This document shows positions 1-9,713 of a stretch of DNA of 64,000 nt, in pieces. The DNA is from Candidatus Tepidifontimicrobium thermophilum (GTDB lineage Bacteria > Sysuimicrobiota > Sysuimicrobiia > Sysuimicrobiales > Sysuimicrobiaceae). Position numbers and translations under genes: made by a program. The stretch's first letter is position 1, and each line of letters begins with the position of its first letter. The stretch covers positions 1-64,000 of the forward strand of contig JAVKHO010000012.1 of the NCBI GenBank assembly GCA_031459915.1, in the 5' to 3' direction. The notes beneath the pieces were generated by a model, which was not told the DNA's origin, ran no database searches, and was given only the letters and a program-made list of their open reading frames with translations.

Positions 1-250
1 AGAAGTACTTGATCAGCACGTGGAGCTTCTCCCGGTCCTGCGGCGTCAGTTCCTGCTGGAAGTGCGCCATGCGGTCGCTGGAAAGGCGCTCGGGGTCTCG
101 GAAGGCCCGCACCACGTCCTCGTAGCGGGTCACCAGCCACCCGCCCCAGCGGTCGTTCCAGTGCACGGGGTCGTGGTCCCGGAGCCGGGCGAAGTACGTG
201 TACGGGTCGCGCACCACCTCGGGCGCCAGCAGGTCTTCCTGGACGAGCAC
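1..250 (-). CDS. Cytochrome P450, N-terminal part (runs off window start)
   Basis: Not in the ORF track. Manual translation from GTG at 250: VLVQEDLLAPEVVRDPYTYFARLRDHDPVHWNDRWGGWLVTRYEDVVRAFRDPERLSSD, the typical bacterial P450 N-terminal pattern; GGAGGGAG SD upstream. The heme motif lies outside the window. Confidence 0.8.
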   Translation of the reverse strand, partial: MLVQEDLLAPEVVRDPYTYFARLRDHDPVHWNDRWGGWLVTRYEDVVRAFRDPERLSSDRMAHFQQELTPQDREKLHVLIKYF

Positions 251-270
251 CCCACTCCCTCCCCTCGGCT

Positions 271-316
271 CGACCGATCGGTCGGCTAGGGGCATTATAA
301 CCGACCGCGCGGTCGG
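271..316 (-). promoter_or_regulatory. P450 promoter: TATAAT -10 flanked by two perfect palindromic operators
   Basis: CGACCGATCGGTCG (271-284) and CCGACCGCGCGGTCGG (301-316) flank a minus-strand TATAAT (294-299). Confidence 0.65.
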
Positions 317-1560
317 GACGCCGCCGGGCGGGGCACCCCCGCGGTCACCAGGGCGGGACGGCGCAGGGACTCCGCAGCCAGGCGCACCACCGGGTCCAGC
401 AGCTCCGGCCGCACCCGGTCCGGGGTGTCCTCGGGCGAGTGGTAGTGGGGGTCGCCCGGGCGGTGCAGCATGGCGGCAGGGATGCCCGCGCGCTCGAAGG
501 CGACGTGGTCGCTGGAGCCCATCCGCTGCTCCTCCACCGAAATGTCCAGTTCGCGGGCGGAGTGCAGGACCGCGTCCACGACCCGGCGGTCCGCTCCCGT
601 GTTGCCCACGAGCAGCCGCCCGCCCGCCCCCACCATGTCCAGGTTCAGCATGGCCGCCAGTCCCCGGGCGCGGGGGCTGCGGGCGTACGCCGAGGATCCG
701 AACAGCCCCCCCTCCTCCGCGCCGAAGGCGGCCACCTCCACGGTCCAGGCCGGAGGCCGCGACCGCAGGGCCCGTGCGGCCTCCAGGGCTGCAGCGACGC
801 CGCTGGCGTTGTCGTTGGCGCCGGGGCTGCCCTCCACGGAGTCCACGTGCGCGCCCAGCAGCACGCGGGCCGCCGAACGGCCCGGGAGTTCTCCCACCAC
901 GTTCCAGGAGGCACGGGTCTCCAGCAGGGTGTCTACCACCAGGGAGACCACCACCGGCCCCCTCCCGACCAGCTCCCGCAGCCGGAGCCCTTCCTCCCTG
1001 GAGACGGTGACCGCGGGAATCCCGGCGGGTCGAGTCAGGGTCCCCACTACGGGACCCGGCTCGTGGTTGTAGACCACCACGGCCCGCGCCCCAGCACGTG
1101 CCGCGTTCTCCGCCTTCTGCAGGAACGTGATACCGCCGCGCTCCACCAGGGCCACCTTTCCCCTCGCGTCCACCTCCTGAAAGTCTTCCGCGAGCCCGCG
1201 GCCGGCCACCACGAGGGGCGCCACCACCTGGCCTCCCGTGGAGTACGCGAGGGCGCGGGGCGAGAGGCGTACGCGCACGGGGCTCGTGACCTCCAGGGCC
1301 ACCTGGCGGGTCTCGAAGTACGGGAACGGGAAGTCCGTGATCTGTACGTGGTAGCCCGCGGACCGCAGTTGTGCGGCCACGTACTCCGCCGCGCGGCGCT
1401 CCGCGGCGCTGCCGGCCACACGGGGACCGAGAGCCGCCAGGGCCGCCACGTGGGACCACGCGCGGGCGCCTGCGTCCTCCACAGGAGCGCCGGGCGCAGC
1501 CGCAGCCCACACGGCAAGAAGGGCCACGGCGACAAAACCACACCGTCCGCGCACCGTCAT
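295..1560 (-). CDS. Secreted M28 family aminopeptidase with PA domain
   Basis: Signal-peptide-like N-terminus; PA domain (RGGITF..K..NA); GAHVDSV, GANDNASG, GAEEGGL.GS, NLDMVG, SDH motifs. Confidence 0.9.
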   Translation of the reverse strand: MTVRGRCGFVAVALLAVWAAAAPGAPVEDAGARAWSHVAALAALGPRVAGSAAERRAAEYVAAQLRSAGYHVQITDFPFPYFETRQVALEVTSPVRVRLSPRALAYSTGGQVVAPLVVAGRGLAEDFQEVDARGKVALVERGGITFLQKAENAARAGARAVVVYNHEPGPVVGTLTRPAGIPAVTVSREEGLRLRELVGRGPVVVSLVVDTLLETRASWNVVGELPGRSAARVLLGAHVDSVEGSPGANDNASGVAAALEAARALRSRPPAWTVEVAAFGAEEGGLFGSSAYARSPRARGLAAMLNLDMVGAGGRLLVGNTGADRRVVDAVLHSARELDISVEEQRMGSSDHVAFERAGIPAAMLHRPGDPHYHSPEDTPDRVRPELLDPVVRLAAESLRRPALVTAGVPRPAASRPRGRL

Positions 1561-1603
1561 CCGGCCTCCACGGTCGTCCGCACGCGTAGCGGGGGTGTGA
1601 AGG

Positions 1604-2095
1604 TCAGCCGTCCTGCTGGAAGGCTTCCCGCAGCTGCCGGTAGGTGTCCTCCAGGTGCTGGGGGATCACCTTCACGTCCGCCAGGACCGGCATGAAGTTG
1701 GTGTCCCCGGCCCACCGCGGGACCACGTGCACGTGCAGGTGGTCCACGATCCCCGCGCCCGCGGCCCGGCCCAGGTTGATGCCGATGTTGAAGGCCTGGG
1801 CGCCCAGCGCGCGGCGCAGGGCCCGCACGGACCGCCGCACCGCCTCCCACAGGTCCTGGACCTCCGCGGGGCTCAGGTCCTCCAGGTCCCCCGTGTGCCG
1901 CACGGGGACGGCCATCACGTGGCCGCTGTTGTACGGGTAGCGGTTCAGCATCACGAAGGCCGACCCACCCCGCCACACGATGAGGTTCTCCTCGTCGCGT
2001 CCCTCCGCGGGCTTGGTGCAGAAGATGCAGCCCTCCGGCTCCGGGCCCTTGATGTACGCCAGCCTCCACGGCGCCCAGAGCTGCTCCAACTCCAC
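1604..2095 (-). CDS. HIT family hydrolase (Ap4A phosphorylase/hydrolase-like)
   Basis: LWAPWR..YI, CIFC, NRYPYNSGH, HLHVHVVPRW.GD.NF. Confidence 0.9.
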   Translation of the reverse strand: MELEQLWAPWRLAYIKGPEPEGCIFCTKPAEGRDEENLIVWRGGSAFVMLNRYPYNSGHVMAVPVRHTGDLEDLSPAEVQDLWEAVRRSVRALRRALGAQAFNIGINLGRAAGAGIVDHLHVHVVPRWAGDTNFMPVLADVKVIPQHLEDTYRQLREAFQQDG

Positions 2096-2102
2096 CCTCC
2101 CG

Positions 2103-2861
2103 TCAGCTGGAACCCCGTGGGCGGGAAGCCAGCAGGCCCAGGCGCACCAGGGCTTCCGCCGCCGCGGCCTGCTCCGCCTCCTTCTTCGTCCGGCCCCGCC
2201 CCTCGCCCAGGACGCGGCCGCCCACCTCCACGGCGGCCACGAAGGCCTTCGCGTGGTCGGGCCCCTCGGTGGCGGTGATGCGGTAGCGCGGCAGCTTGCG
2301 CTCGTGCTGCTGGACGTACTCCTGCAGCTGGCTCTTGAAGTCCGCAGGGACCTCGTCCAGACCCTCCAGCCGCTCCGCGTACCACCGGCTCACCAGGGCG
2401 TGCGCCACCCCGAACCCCGAGTCCAGGTACACCGCGCCCACCACCGCCTCCAGCACGTCCGCCAGCATGCTGGACCGCTCCCGGCCGCCGCCCCGCTCCT
2501 CCCCGCGGCCCAGCAGGATGTACGAGCCCAGGTCCAGGCTCCGGGCGATGCCGGCCAGGGTGGGCTCGTTCACCAGGCGGGCCCGCAGGCGTGCCAGGTC
2601 GCCCTCGCTGCGGTCCGGGAAGCGGCGGTACAGGTGGTCGCTCACCACCAGGTTCAGGACCGCGTCCCCCAGGAACTCCAGGCGCTCGTAGGTGCCCAGG
2701 CGCTCCCCGCCCTCCTCGTGGGCGTAGGAGCCGTGGGTCAGGGCGAGGTTGAGCAGGCGCAGGTCCCGGAACCGGACGTCCAACCGCTCCTCCAGCTCCC
2801 GCAGCCGGTCCGCCCGCTCGCGGTCCAGCCCCTCGCTCACCGTCCCCGCGTGAACGGCCAT
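2103..2861 (-). CDS. rnc: Ribonuclease III
   Basis: ERLEFLGDAVL signature and C-terminal dsRBD (KSQLQEY..Q, G.G.TKKEAEQ.AA). Confidence 0.97.
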   Translation of the reverse strand: MAVHAGTVSEGLDRERADRLRELEERLDVRFRDLRLLNLALTHGSYAHEEGGERLGTYERLEFLGDAVLNLVVSDHLYRRFPDRSEGDLARLRARLVNEPTLAGIARSLDLGSYILLGRGEERGGGRERSSMLADVLEAVVGAVYLDSGFGVAHALVSRWYAERLEGLDEVPADFKSQLQEYVQQHERKLPRYRITATEGPDHAKAFVAAVEVGGRVLGEGRGRTKKEAEQAAAAEALVRLGLLASRPRGSS

Positions 2862-2949
2862 GGTCTGCCGCTACACCGTCCGGAGGACCGCCGCGTCCCC
2901 GTGGCTTGCCAGCGCGATCCCGTAGGTCAAGCTCTCCCCGGACATCCGG

Positions 2950-4212
2950 CTAGCTGTCCTCCACCCTCCGGACCGCGAGGGTGCAGTTGTGGCCGCCGAA
3001 CCCGAAGGCGTTGGACAGCGCTGTCCGCACCGTTGCGGGCCGGGCCCGGTTCGGCACGTAGTCCAGGTCGCAGTCGGGGTCGGGGTTCTCGTAGTTGATG
3101 GTGGGCGGCAGGACCTGGTGGTACACGCTCAGGGCGCAGGCGATGAGCTCGACCCCGCCCGCGGCGCCCAGCAGGTGGCCCGTCATGGACTTGGTGGAGC
3201 TCACCGCCAACCGGTAGGCGTGGTCCCCGAAGACCCGCTTGATGGCCAAAGTCTCGAACTTGTCGTTGTACGGGGTGCTGGTGCCGTGGGCGTTGATGTA
3301 GTCCACGTCCTCGGGTCGCAGGCCCGCGTCGGCCAGGCACCGGGCCATGCACTGGGCCGCCCCCTCGCCCTCGGGGTCCGGCTGCGTGATGTGGTAGGCG
3401 TCCGCGCTCATGCCGTAGCCTACCACCTCGCAGTAGATGCGCGCCCCGCGGGCGCGGGCGCTCTCCAGCTCCTCCAACAGCACCACCCCCGCGCCCTCCC
3501 CCATGACGAAACCGTCGCGGTCCCGGTCAAACGGACGCACCGCTCGCTCGGGATCGTGGTTGCGGGTGGACATGGCCTTCATGGAGCAGAAGCCCGCGAT
3601 GGACAGGGCCGTGATGGCTGCCTCGGTGCCGCCCGCGATCATGGCGTCCGCGTCGCCCCGCTGGATGATCTTGAAGGCGTCGCCGATACAGTGGCCGCCC
3701 GTGGCGCAGGCGGTGACCACCGAGGTGTTGGGCCCCCGGGCCCCGAACAGGATGCTCACCATCCCCGCGGCCATGTTGCTGATGAGCATGGGGATGAAGA
3801 ACGGGCTCACGCGGTCAGGCCCCCGCTCCAGCAGCACCCGGTGCTGCTCCTCCCAAGTGTGGGCCCCGCCGATGCCGGAGCCCAGCACCACGCCCACCCG
3901 GTCCCGGTTGGCGGGGGTGATGCGGAAGTCCGCGTCCTCCAGGGCCATACGGGTCGCCGCGATGGCGAACTGCACGAACCGGTCGTTCCGGCGGACCTCC
4001 TTGCGGTCCATGTACTGGAGGGGGTCGAAGTCCCGCACCTCCGCGGCGATCTGCGTGGGGAACGGGGAGGGGTCGAAGGACTCGATCCGCCGGACGCCGC
4101 TGCGGCCCTCCAGGAGGGCGTTCCAGAAGGCCTCCTTGCCGATCCCGACGGGGGTGACCACCCCCACCCCCGTGACGGCAACCCTGCGCCGGTGCTGGCT
4201 CAAGGGTCCCAC
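2950..4212 (-). CDS. fabF: 3-oxoacyl-ACP synthase II
   Basis: [32 protein letters not shown]. Confidence 0.97.
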   Translation of the reverse strand: MGPLSQHRRRVAVTGVGVVTPVGIGKEAFWNALLEGRSGVRRIESFDPSPFPTQIAAEVRDFDPLQYMDRKEVRRNDRFVQFAIAATRMALEDADFRITPANRDRVGVVLGSGIGGAHTWEEQHRVLLERGPDRVSPFFIPMLISNMAAGMVSILFGARGPNTSVVTACATGGHCIGDAFKIIQRGDADAMIAGGTEAAITALSIAGFCSMKAMSTRNHDPERAVRPFDRDRDGFVMGEGAGVVLLEELESARARGARIYCEVVGYGMSADAYHITQPDPEGEGAAQCMARCLADAGLRPEDVDYINAHGTSTPYNDKFETLAIKRVFGDHAYRLAVSSTKSMTGHLLGAAGGVELIACALSVYHQVLPPTINYENPDPDCDLDYVPNRARPATVRTALSNAFGFGGHNCTLAVRRVEDS

Positions 4213-4289
4213 CTATCGGGGATCCGCCAGGGCACGGGGTCTTCGGGGGCCCTGGCCGCCGGGTGCCGCGCGGCCTCCGCCGACAACCC

Positions 4290-4541
4290 CTAGCCCTCCT
4301 TGGCCGCCTGGAGGTGTTCCTCGATGTACTGCACCGCCTGCCCCACCGTCTGGATCTTCTCGGCTTCCTCCTCGGGAATCTGGATGCCGAACTCTTCCTC
4401 CAGGGCCATCACCAGCTCCACCACGTCCAAAGAGTCCGCGCCCAGGTCCTCCACGAAGGAGGCGTTCTCCGTCACCTCGTCTTCCTCCACGCCCAGCTGC
4501 TCCACCACGATGGCCTTCACCCTCTCGAACGTTGACGCCAT
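4290..4541 (-). CDS. acpP: Acyl carrier protein
   Basis: [20 protein letters not shown]. Confidence 0.97.
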   Translation of the reverse strand: MASTFERVKAIVVEQLGVEEDEVTENASFVEDLGADSLDVVELVMALEEEFGIQIPEEEAEKIQTVGQAVQYIEEHLQAAKEG

Positions 4542-4574
4542 CTCCGCCTCCTCGCCGCGCCCGCTCGTTTTCCC

Positions 4575-5330
4575 CTACTTCATTACCATACCACCGTCCA
4601 CGTTCAAGACCTGGCCGGTGATGTACGCCGCCTGCTCGCTGCACAGGAACACCACCGCGGGGGCGATCTCCCCGGGCGTGCCCGTGCGGCCCATGGGAAT
4701 CTGGGAGGTCAGCCACCGGCGCTGGTCCTCGTCCAGGGTCTCGGTCATGCGGCTGTGCACGTAGCCCGGGGCGATGGCGTTCACGGTGATGTTCCGGGAC
4801 GCCACCTCCCGCGCCACCGCCTTCGTGAAGCCCACGATGCCCGCCTTGGCGGCCACGTAGTTCGCCTGGCCCGCGTTGCCCACCAGCCCCACCACGGACG
4901 TCACGTTCACCACGCGGCCCCAGCGCGCCCGCAGCATGTCCCGCAGGGCCTCCCGGGTGCACAGGAACGTCCCCGTGAGGTTGGTGTCCAGCACCCGGCG
5001 CCAGTCCTCCAGCCGCATGCGGACCACCAGCCCGTCCCGCAGGGTCCCCGCGTTGTTGACCAGGATGTCCACCCGGCCCAGCTGCTCCCGCACCTCCCGG
5101 AAGAACCGCTCCACGTCCTGCTCCGACGCCACGTCCCCGCCCACCACCACCGCCCGGCCTCCCTCGCCGCGGATGCGGTCCGCCACGCGCAGGGCCCCGT
5201 CCCGGTTGGAGCCGTAGTGGACCGCCACCGCGGCACCCGCCCGGGCCAGGGCCTCGCAGATGGCGCCCCCGATGGCGCCGGAACCTCCGGTCACCAGGGC
5301 CACCTTGCCGCGCAGGTCCACGCCCTGCAT
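4575..5330 (-). CDS. fabG: 3-oxoacyl-ACP reductase
   Basis: SDR motifs TGGSGAIG, NNAG, YVAAK; start re-set to ATG at 5330; fab context. Confidence 0.95.
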   Translation of the reverse strand: MQGVDLRGKVALVTGGSGAIGGAICEALARAGAAVAVHYGSNRDGALRVADRIRGEGGRAVVVGGDVASEQDVERFFREVREQLGRVDILVNNAGTLRDGLVVRMRLEDWRRVLDTNLTGTFLCTREALRDMLRARWGRVVNVTSVVGLVGNAGQANYVAAKAGIVGFTKAVAREVASRNITVNAIAPGYVHSRMTETLDEDQRRWLTSQIPMGRTGTPGEIAPAVVFLCSEQAAYITGQVLNVDGGMVMK

Positions 5331-5334
5331 CGCC

Positions 5335-6330
5335 TTAAATCCTCGCCCCCGGGCTCGGCCGTGCACCCGTTTCCCCGGTGGCGGAGCTAAGGCTTCCCCC
5401 ACCCAGGGCCGCCGCGGTCTTCTCCAGGGAGGCCCGGTCCTCCACGTGCCAGGTCGTGGCGCCCCGCGCGCAGCGCTTCACCAGACCCGACAGCACCGTG
5501 CCCGGTCCCAGCTCCACGAAGGTGTCCACGCCGTCCTGGACCATGTAGGCCACCGACTGCGCCCAGCGGACGGGGCTAGCCACCTGGTCGACCAGCAGGC
5601 GGCGGATGTCCGCGGCCCTGTGGACCGGCCGGGCGGTGACGTTGGCCACCACGGGCAGCTCCGCGTCCCGCAGGACCACTCGGTCCAGCGCCTCCCGCAG
5701 CCGCTCCGCCGCGGGCCGCATCAGGCGGGTGTGGAACGGGGCGGACACCGCCAGCAGCACCGCCCTCCGGGCGCCCGCGGCCTTCGCCAGCCGCACCGCC
5801 TCCTCCACCGCGGCGCGGTCCCCGCCCACCACCACCTGGTCCGGAGCGTTGTAGTTGCTGGCCTCGCAGACCCCCAACGCCGAGGCCTGCTGGCACACCC
5901 CCTCCACCGCCTCCGCGGGCAGGCCCAGCACCGCGGCCATGGCGGTCTTGCGTCCCTCCGTGGCCTGCTGCATGAACAGCCCCCGCTGGCGCACCAGCCA
6001 CACCGCGTCCTCGAACTCCAGGCTGCCCGCACACACCAGGGCAGTGTACTCCCCCAGGCTCAGGCCCGCGGCCACTACCGGAGGCGGGATGCGGCCGCGG
6101 GCCGCCTCCAGGCACGCGAGGCTGGTGACCAGGATGGCGGGCTGCGTGTTCTCCGTCCGCTGCAGGGCCTCCTCCGGTCCTGAGCGGCACAGCTCCAGCA
6201 GGTCAAACCCCAGCACCGAGGAGGCCCGCTGGAACAGGGCACGGGCCCGGGGAAACGCTTCGGCGAGATCCACCCCCATGCCTACGTACTGCGCCCCCTG
6301 GCCGGGGAACACGTACGCCACGCCGCCCAT
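5335..6330 (-). CDS. fabD: Malonyl-CoA:ACP transacylase
   Basis: FPGQGAQ, TQPA, GLSLGEY, SAPFH; 3' part of ORF 5335..7221 starting at ATG 6330. Confidence 0.95.
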   Translation of the reverse strand: MGGVAYVFPGQGAQYVGMGVDLAEAFPRARALFQRASSVLGFDLLELCRSGPEEALQRTENTQPAILVTSLACLEAARGRIPPPVVAAGLSLGEYTALVCAGSLEFEDAVWLVRQRGLFMQQATEGRKTAMAAVLGLPAEAVEGVCQQASALGVCEASNYNAPDQVVVGGDRAAVEEAVRLAKAAGARRAVLLAVSAPFHTRLMRPAAERLREALDRVVLRDAELPVVANVTARPVHRAADIRRLLVDQVASPVRWAQSVAYMVQDGVDTFVELGPGTVLSGLVKRCARGATTWHVEDRASLEKTAAALGGGSLSSATGETGARPSPGARI

Positions 6331-6332
6331 GC

Positions 6333-7325
6333 CTACCCCCAGCGCAGGGCGCAGGAAGCCCAGGTGAGCCCGCCGCCGAACGCCACCAGTACCACCAGGT
6401 CCCCCGGCTTGACGCGCCCCTCTTCCACCGCCTCGTACAGAGCCACGGGGACCGACGCGGAGGAGGTGTTCCCGTACTTGTGCACGTTCACGTAGAACTT
6501 CTCCAGGGGCTGGCGCAGGCGCTCCGCTGCAGCCTGGATGATCCGCACGTTGGCCTGGTGCGGGATGAACAGGTCCACCTCGTCCGCCGAAACGCCCGCC
6601 CGCTGGCAGGCTTCCTCGATGGCGCGCGGGATGATGCGGCTGGCGAACTTGAACACCTCGGGACCGTTCATGTGGATGTAGTGCTGGGCCCGCTCCACGG
6701 TCTCGTACGAGGCGGGCAGCCGGCTCCCCCCGGCGGGCAGGCTCAGAAGCGAGCTGCCCCCACCGTCCGCGCCCAGCCAGAACGACAGCAGCCCCGCCTG
6801 GCTGTCGGAGGGGACGACCACCGCGGCGCCCGCGGAGTCCCCGAACAGCACGCACGTGGCCCGGTCCTTCCAGTTCGTGATGCGGGAGAGGGTGTCCGCG
6901 CCCACCACCAGGACCCGCTCCGCCAGGCCCGCGACGATCTGGGCGTGGGCGAGGCCGAGGGCGTAAACGAAGCTGCTGCACGCTGCAGAGACGTCCACCG
7001 CCCCCGCCCGCTTGGCGCCCAGCCGCTCCTGCACCAGACAGGCGGTGGCGGGGAAGATCATGTCGGGGCTGGCGGTGCCCACCAGGATCAGGTCCAAATC
7101 CGCGGCGTCCACCCCGGCGCGTTCCAGGGCCTCCCGCGCCGCCTCCAGGGCCAGGTCGCTGGTTGCCTCCTCCGGCGCCGCCACGCGCCGCTCCTTGATC
7201 CCGGTGCGCACGGTGATCCACTCGTCGGTGGTGTCCACCATGCGCTCCAGGTCCGCGTTGGTGAGAACCCTGCGGGGCACGTACCGCCCCAGGCCCGCGA
7301 TCCTGCTCGACCGGTGCAACCCCAT
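6333..7325 (-). CDS. fabH: 3-oxoacyl-ACP synthase III
   Basis: AACSSF, HQAN, GNTSSAS, FGGGLTW. Confidence 0.96.
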   Translation of the reverse strand: MGLHRSSRIAGLGRYVPRRVLTNADLERMVDTTDEWITVRTGIKERRVAAPEEATSDLALEAAREALERAGVDAADLDLILVGTASPDMIFPATACLVQERLGAKRAGAVDVSAACSSFVYALGLAHAQIVAGLAERVLVVGADTLSRITNWKDRATCVLFGDSAGAAVVVPSDSQAGLLSFWLGADGGGSSLLSLPAGGSRLPASYETVERAQHYIHMNGPEVFKFASRIIPRAIEEACQRAGVSADEVDLFIPHQANVRIIQAAAERLRQPLEKFYVNVHKYGNTSSASVPVALYEAVEEGRVKPGDLVVLVAFGGGLTWASCALRWG

Positions 7326-7358
7326 GGTCCCTCCGTCCTGCGTTCGGTGTGTGCTACC

Positions 7359-8381
7359 TCAGGTGGACGCCGCGTCCGCCGCGGGGGAGGCAGTCAGGCG
7401 CAGGCTCTCCCGCTGGATGACCTCCGGCAGCCGCTGGCGCACCTCCTCCTGAGCCACCCGCAAGGCGTTGTACACCGCGTGGGCGTTGGAAGCCCCGTGC
7501 CCGATCACCACCACCCCCCGCACCCCGAGCAGCGGCGCGCCGCCGTACTCCGTGTAGTCGATCCTCCGGCGTAGGGCCCGCAGCCGCGGCCGCAACAGCC
7601 ACACCGCGAACTTGGCCCGCAGTGACCGCCGGACCTCCTCCCGGATGATCTGGAACAGGCCCTGCGCCATCCCCTCTCCCAGCTTGAGGACCACGTTGCC
7701 CACGAACCCGTCGCAGACCAGCACGTCGCAGGCGCCGAAGAACACCTGTCGGCCCTCCACGTTCCCCACGAAGTTCAGGTCCGTGGCCCGCAGGAGCTCC
7801 GCGGTGCGCACCACCAGCTCGTTGCCCTTCCCCGCCTCCTCGCCGTTGCTCAGCAGGCCGACCCGCGGGGAAGGGATCCCCAGCACCCGCTCCGCGTACA
7901 CGCTGCCCATGAGGGCGAACTGTAGCAGGTGGCGCGGCCGACAGTCCACGTTCGCCCCCACGTCCAGGGCCACCAGGCGGCCCCGCAGGGTGGGCAGCAC
8001 CGCGGCGATGGCGGGCCGGTCCACGCCCTCCACCCGCCCGAGGGTGAGCAGGGACGCCGCCATCACCGCGCCGGTGTTGCCGGCGCTGAAGAAGGCGTCC
8101 GCCTGGCCGGACCGCACCAGCTCCAGGCCCTTGGTGATGGAGTTGTCGGGCTTGCGGCGCAATGCGGTGGTGGGCGACTCGTCCATCCCCACCTGCTGGG
8201 AAGCGTGCACCACCCGCACGCGGGAGGCGGGCGGGCGGTGGCGCTTCAGCTGCTCGCGTACCACCTCGTCCGGTCCCACCAGGAGGACGTCGATCCCGAG
8301 GCGCTCTGCGGCAGCCAGCGCACCCGCCACCACCTCCGCCGGCGCGTGGTCTCCACCCATGGCGTCCACCGCAACGCGCAT
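7359..8381 (-). CDS. plsX: Phosphate acyltransferase
   Basis: AVDAMGGDHAP, SAGNTGA, LDVGAN, DGFVGN, GGAPLLG; start re-set to ATG at 8381. Confidence 0.96.
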   Translation of the reverse strand: MRVAVDAMGGDHAPAEVVAGALAAAERLGIDVLLVGPDEVVREQLKRHRPPASRVRVVHASQQVGMDESPTTALRRKPDNSITKGLELVRSGQADAFFSAGNTGAVMAASLLTLGRVEGVDRPAIAAVLPTLRGRLVALDVGANVDCRPRHLLQFALMGSVYAERVLGIPSPRVGLLSNGEEAGKGNELVVRTAELLRATDLNFVGNVEGRQVFFGACDVLVCDGFVGNVVLKLGEGMAQGLFQIIREEVRRSLRAKFAVWLLRPRLRALRRRIDYTEYGGAPLLGVRGVVVIGHGASNAHAVYNALRVAQEEVRQRLPEVIQRESLRLTASPAADAAST

Positions 8382-8440
8382 CCTGTCCGCCCTACACCAG
8401 CCCCGTGTTGCGGCGCATTCTGCCTCCCGCGGATGTGTCC

Positions 8441-8635
8441 CTACGAGGCCCGGCGTCCGGCTTCCTCCACAGGCACCACCTGGCGGCCGCCGTAGGTCCC
8501 GCAGGTGGGGCACACGTGGTGGGTGAGCTTCGGCGTCTTGCACTTCGGGCACGGCACCAGGTGCGGGACCGCCACCTTCTGCAGGGCCCGCCGTCGGGCC
8601 ACGCGCATGTGCGAGTGTCTTCTGGACCGGCTCAT
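8441..8635 (-). CDS. rpmF: 50S ribosomal protein L32 (zinc-binding form)
   Basis: Basic N-terminus, CPKC...HHVCPTCGTY; between yceD and plsX; GGAGG before ATG at 8635. Confidence 0.92.
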   Translation of the reverse strand: MSRSRRHSHMRVARRRALQKVAVPHLVPCPKCKTPKLTHHVCPTCGTYGGRQVVPVEEAGRRAS

Positions 8636-9147
8636 GGAAGACCTCCCAGGACGTTCTGGAGCTCCTGCCACCGCGGGTCGGCCTGGCGCGGTGCGCAGCC
8701 ACACGGGCTCGTGTTGCGGTCAGCCCCGCAGACCGGGCACAGGCCCGCGCAGTCGGGCCGACAGAGGGGGACCAGGGGCGCGGCCAGGAGCAGGTGCTGG
8801 CGGGCCACCTCCGTCACGTCGACCTCAGGATCGGTCAGCGGCATGACCAGGACCCCGTCCTCCACCGGCACCTCCTCCGTGGGACCCAGGTCGGGATCGT
8901 ACCACTCGTCCACCACCGCGGACAGCTCTGTCCGGAAGGACCGGAGGCAACGGCCGCAGACCAGCTCCGCCTCCGTGGAGAACCGTGCGGACAGGCGCAG
9001 CCGCCCGGCCACCGCCCACAGCTCCACGTCCCCGCGGACCGGACCGACAAAGGGCAGGTCCTCCGCCCCGGACGGCACGGGCTCGTCCAACTGCAGGCGC
9101 AGCCGGCGGCCGGGGCTGGAGCGAACCTGTTCTGCGGAGACCTTCAT
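8632..9147 (-). CDS. yceD: YceD/DUF177 family protein
   Basis: CGRCL, LCRPDCAGLCPVCG, DPRW; upstream of rpmF. Confidence 0.9.
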   Translation of the reverse strand: MKVSAEQVRSSPGRRLRLQLDEPVPSGAEDLPFVGPVRGDVELWAVAGRLRLSARFSTEAELVCGRCLRSFRTELSAVVDEWYDPDLGPTEEVPVEDGVLVMPLTDPEVDVTEVARQHLLLAAPLVPLCRPDCAGLCPVCGADRNTSPCGCAPRQADPRWQELQNVLGGLP

Positions 9148-9190
9148 AACAGCACCGCGCGCCCGGACTTCCGGGCGCGCACTCCCACTG

Positions 9191-9219
9191 ATCTTAGGCC
9201 CGGTGCGGAGGGAAGTCAA
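9191..9219 (-). promoter_or_regulatory. Sigma70-type promoter of the yceD-rpmF-plsX-fab operon
   Basis: TTGACT-N17-TAAGAT on the minus strand. Confidence 0.6.
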
Positions 9220-9253
9220 GGCGAAAGCCAGACACGGCGCACCCCACAGGCTC

Positions 9254-9709
9254 TCACCCTTCCCGGCGACGGTCCAGGATCTCCTTGCCCTTCCGGATGC
9301 TCAGCAGTACCCGCAGCACCCCCTGCTCCAGGTCGTCCAGGACCTGACGGGCGTACTCCTCCGCGCCCCTGCGGGTCTCGTCGGCCTCCTCGCGCGCGCG
9401 CGCCAGGATCTCCTCGGCCTTCGTCCGGGCGTGCCGGACCACCTCGTGTTCGTCCACCCGGTGGGCCAGCTCCTCCTGCGCCTCCGTCACGATCCTGCGG
9501 GCCTGCTCCTGAGCCCGCTGCAACACCTCCTCCGCCGCAGCCCGCAGGCGGTGCGCCTCCGCCAGCTCCGCGGGCAGACGCGCCCGCAACATCTCCAGCA
9601 GGCTACGGACCTCCCGCTCGTCCACGATGCGCTTGTCCGTCCAGGGCACGGTCCCGGCACGGCTCACCAGCGCCTCCAGCCGGTCCAGCAGCTCGAACAC
9701 GCTGTCCAC
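9254..9709 (-). CDS. Conserved coiled-coil protein (ATP synthase b/DivIVA-like) usually found after coaD
   Basis: LDRLE.LV...VPW....VD, LP.EL..A, long Ala/Glu/Arg helix; coaD-X-yceD context. Confidence 0.75.
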   Translation of the reverse strand: MDSVFELLDRLEALVSRAGTVPWTDKRIVDEREVRSLLEMLRARLPAELAEAHRLRAAAEEVLQRAQEQARRIVTEAQEELAHRVDEHEVVRHARTKAEEILARAREEADETRRGAEEYARQVLDDLEQGVLRVLLSIRKGKEILDRRREG

Positions 9710-9713
9710 GGCT

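Noticed and set aside
4213..4289. GCCAGGGC/GCCCTGGC hairpin between acpP and fabF
   Set aside because: An ordinary intercistronic stability or attenuating hairpin after a highly expressed gene.
5335..7221. Apparent 628-aa FabD fusion
   Set aside because: The N-terminal half is an off-frame read of fabH; FabD starts at 6330.
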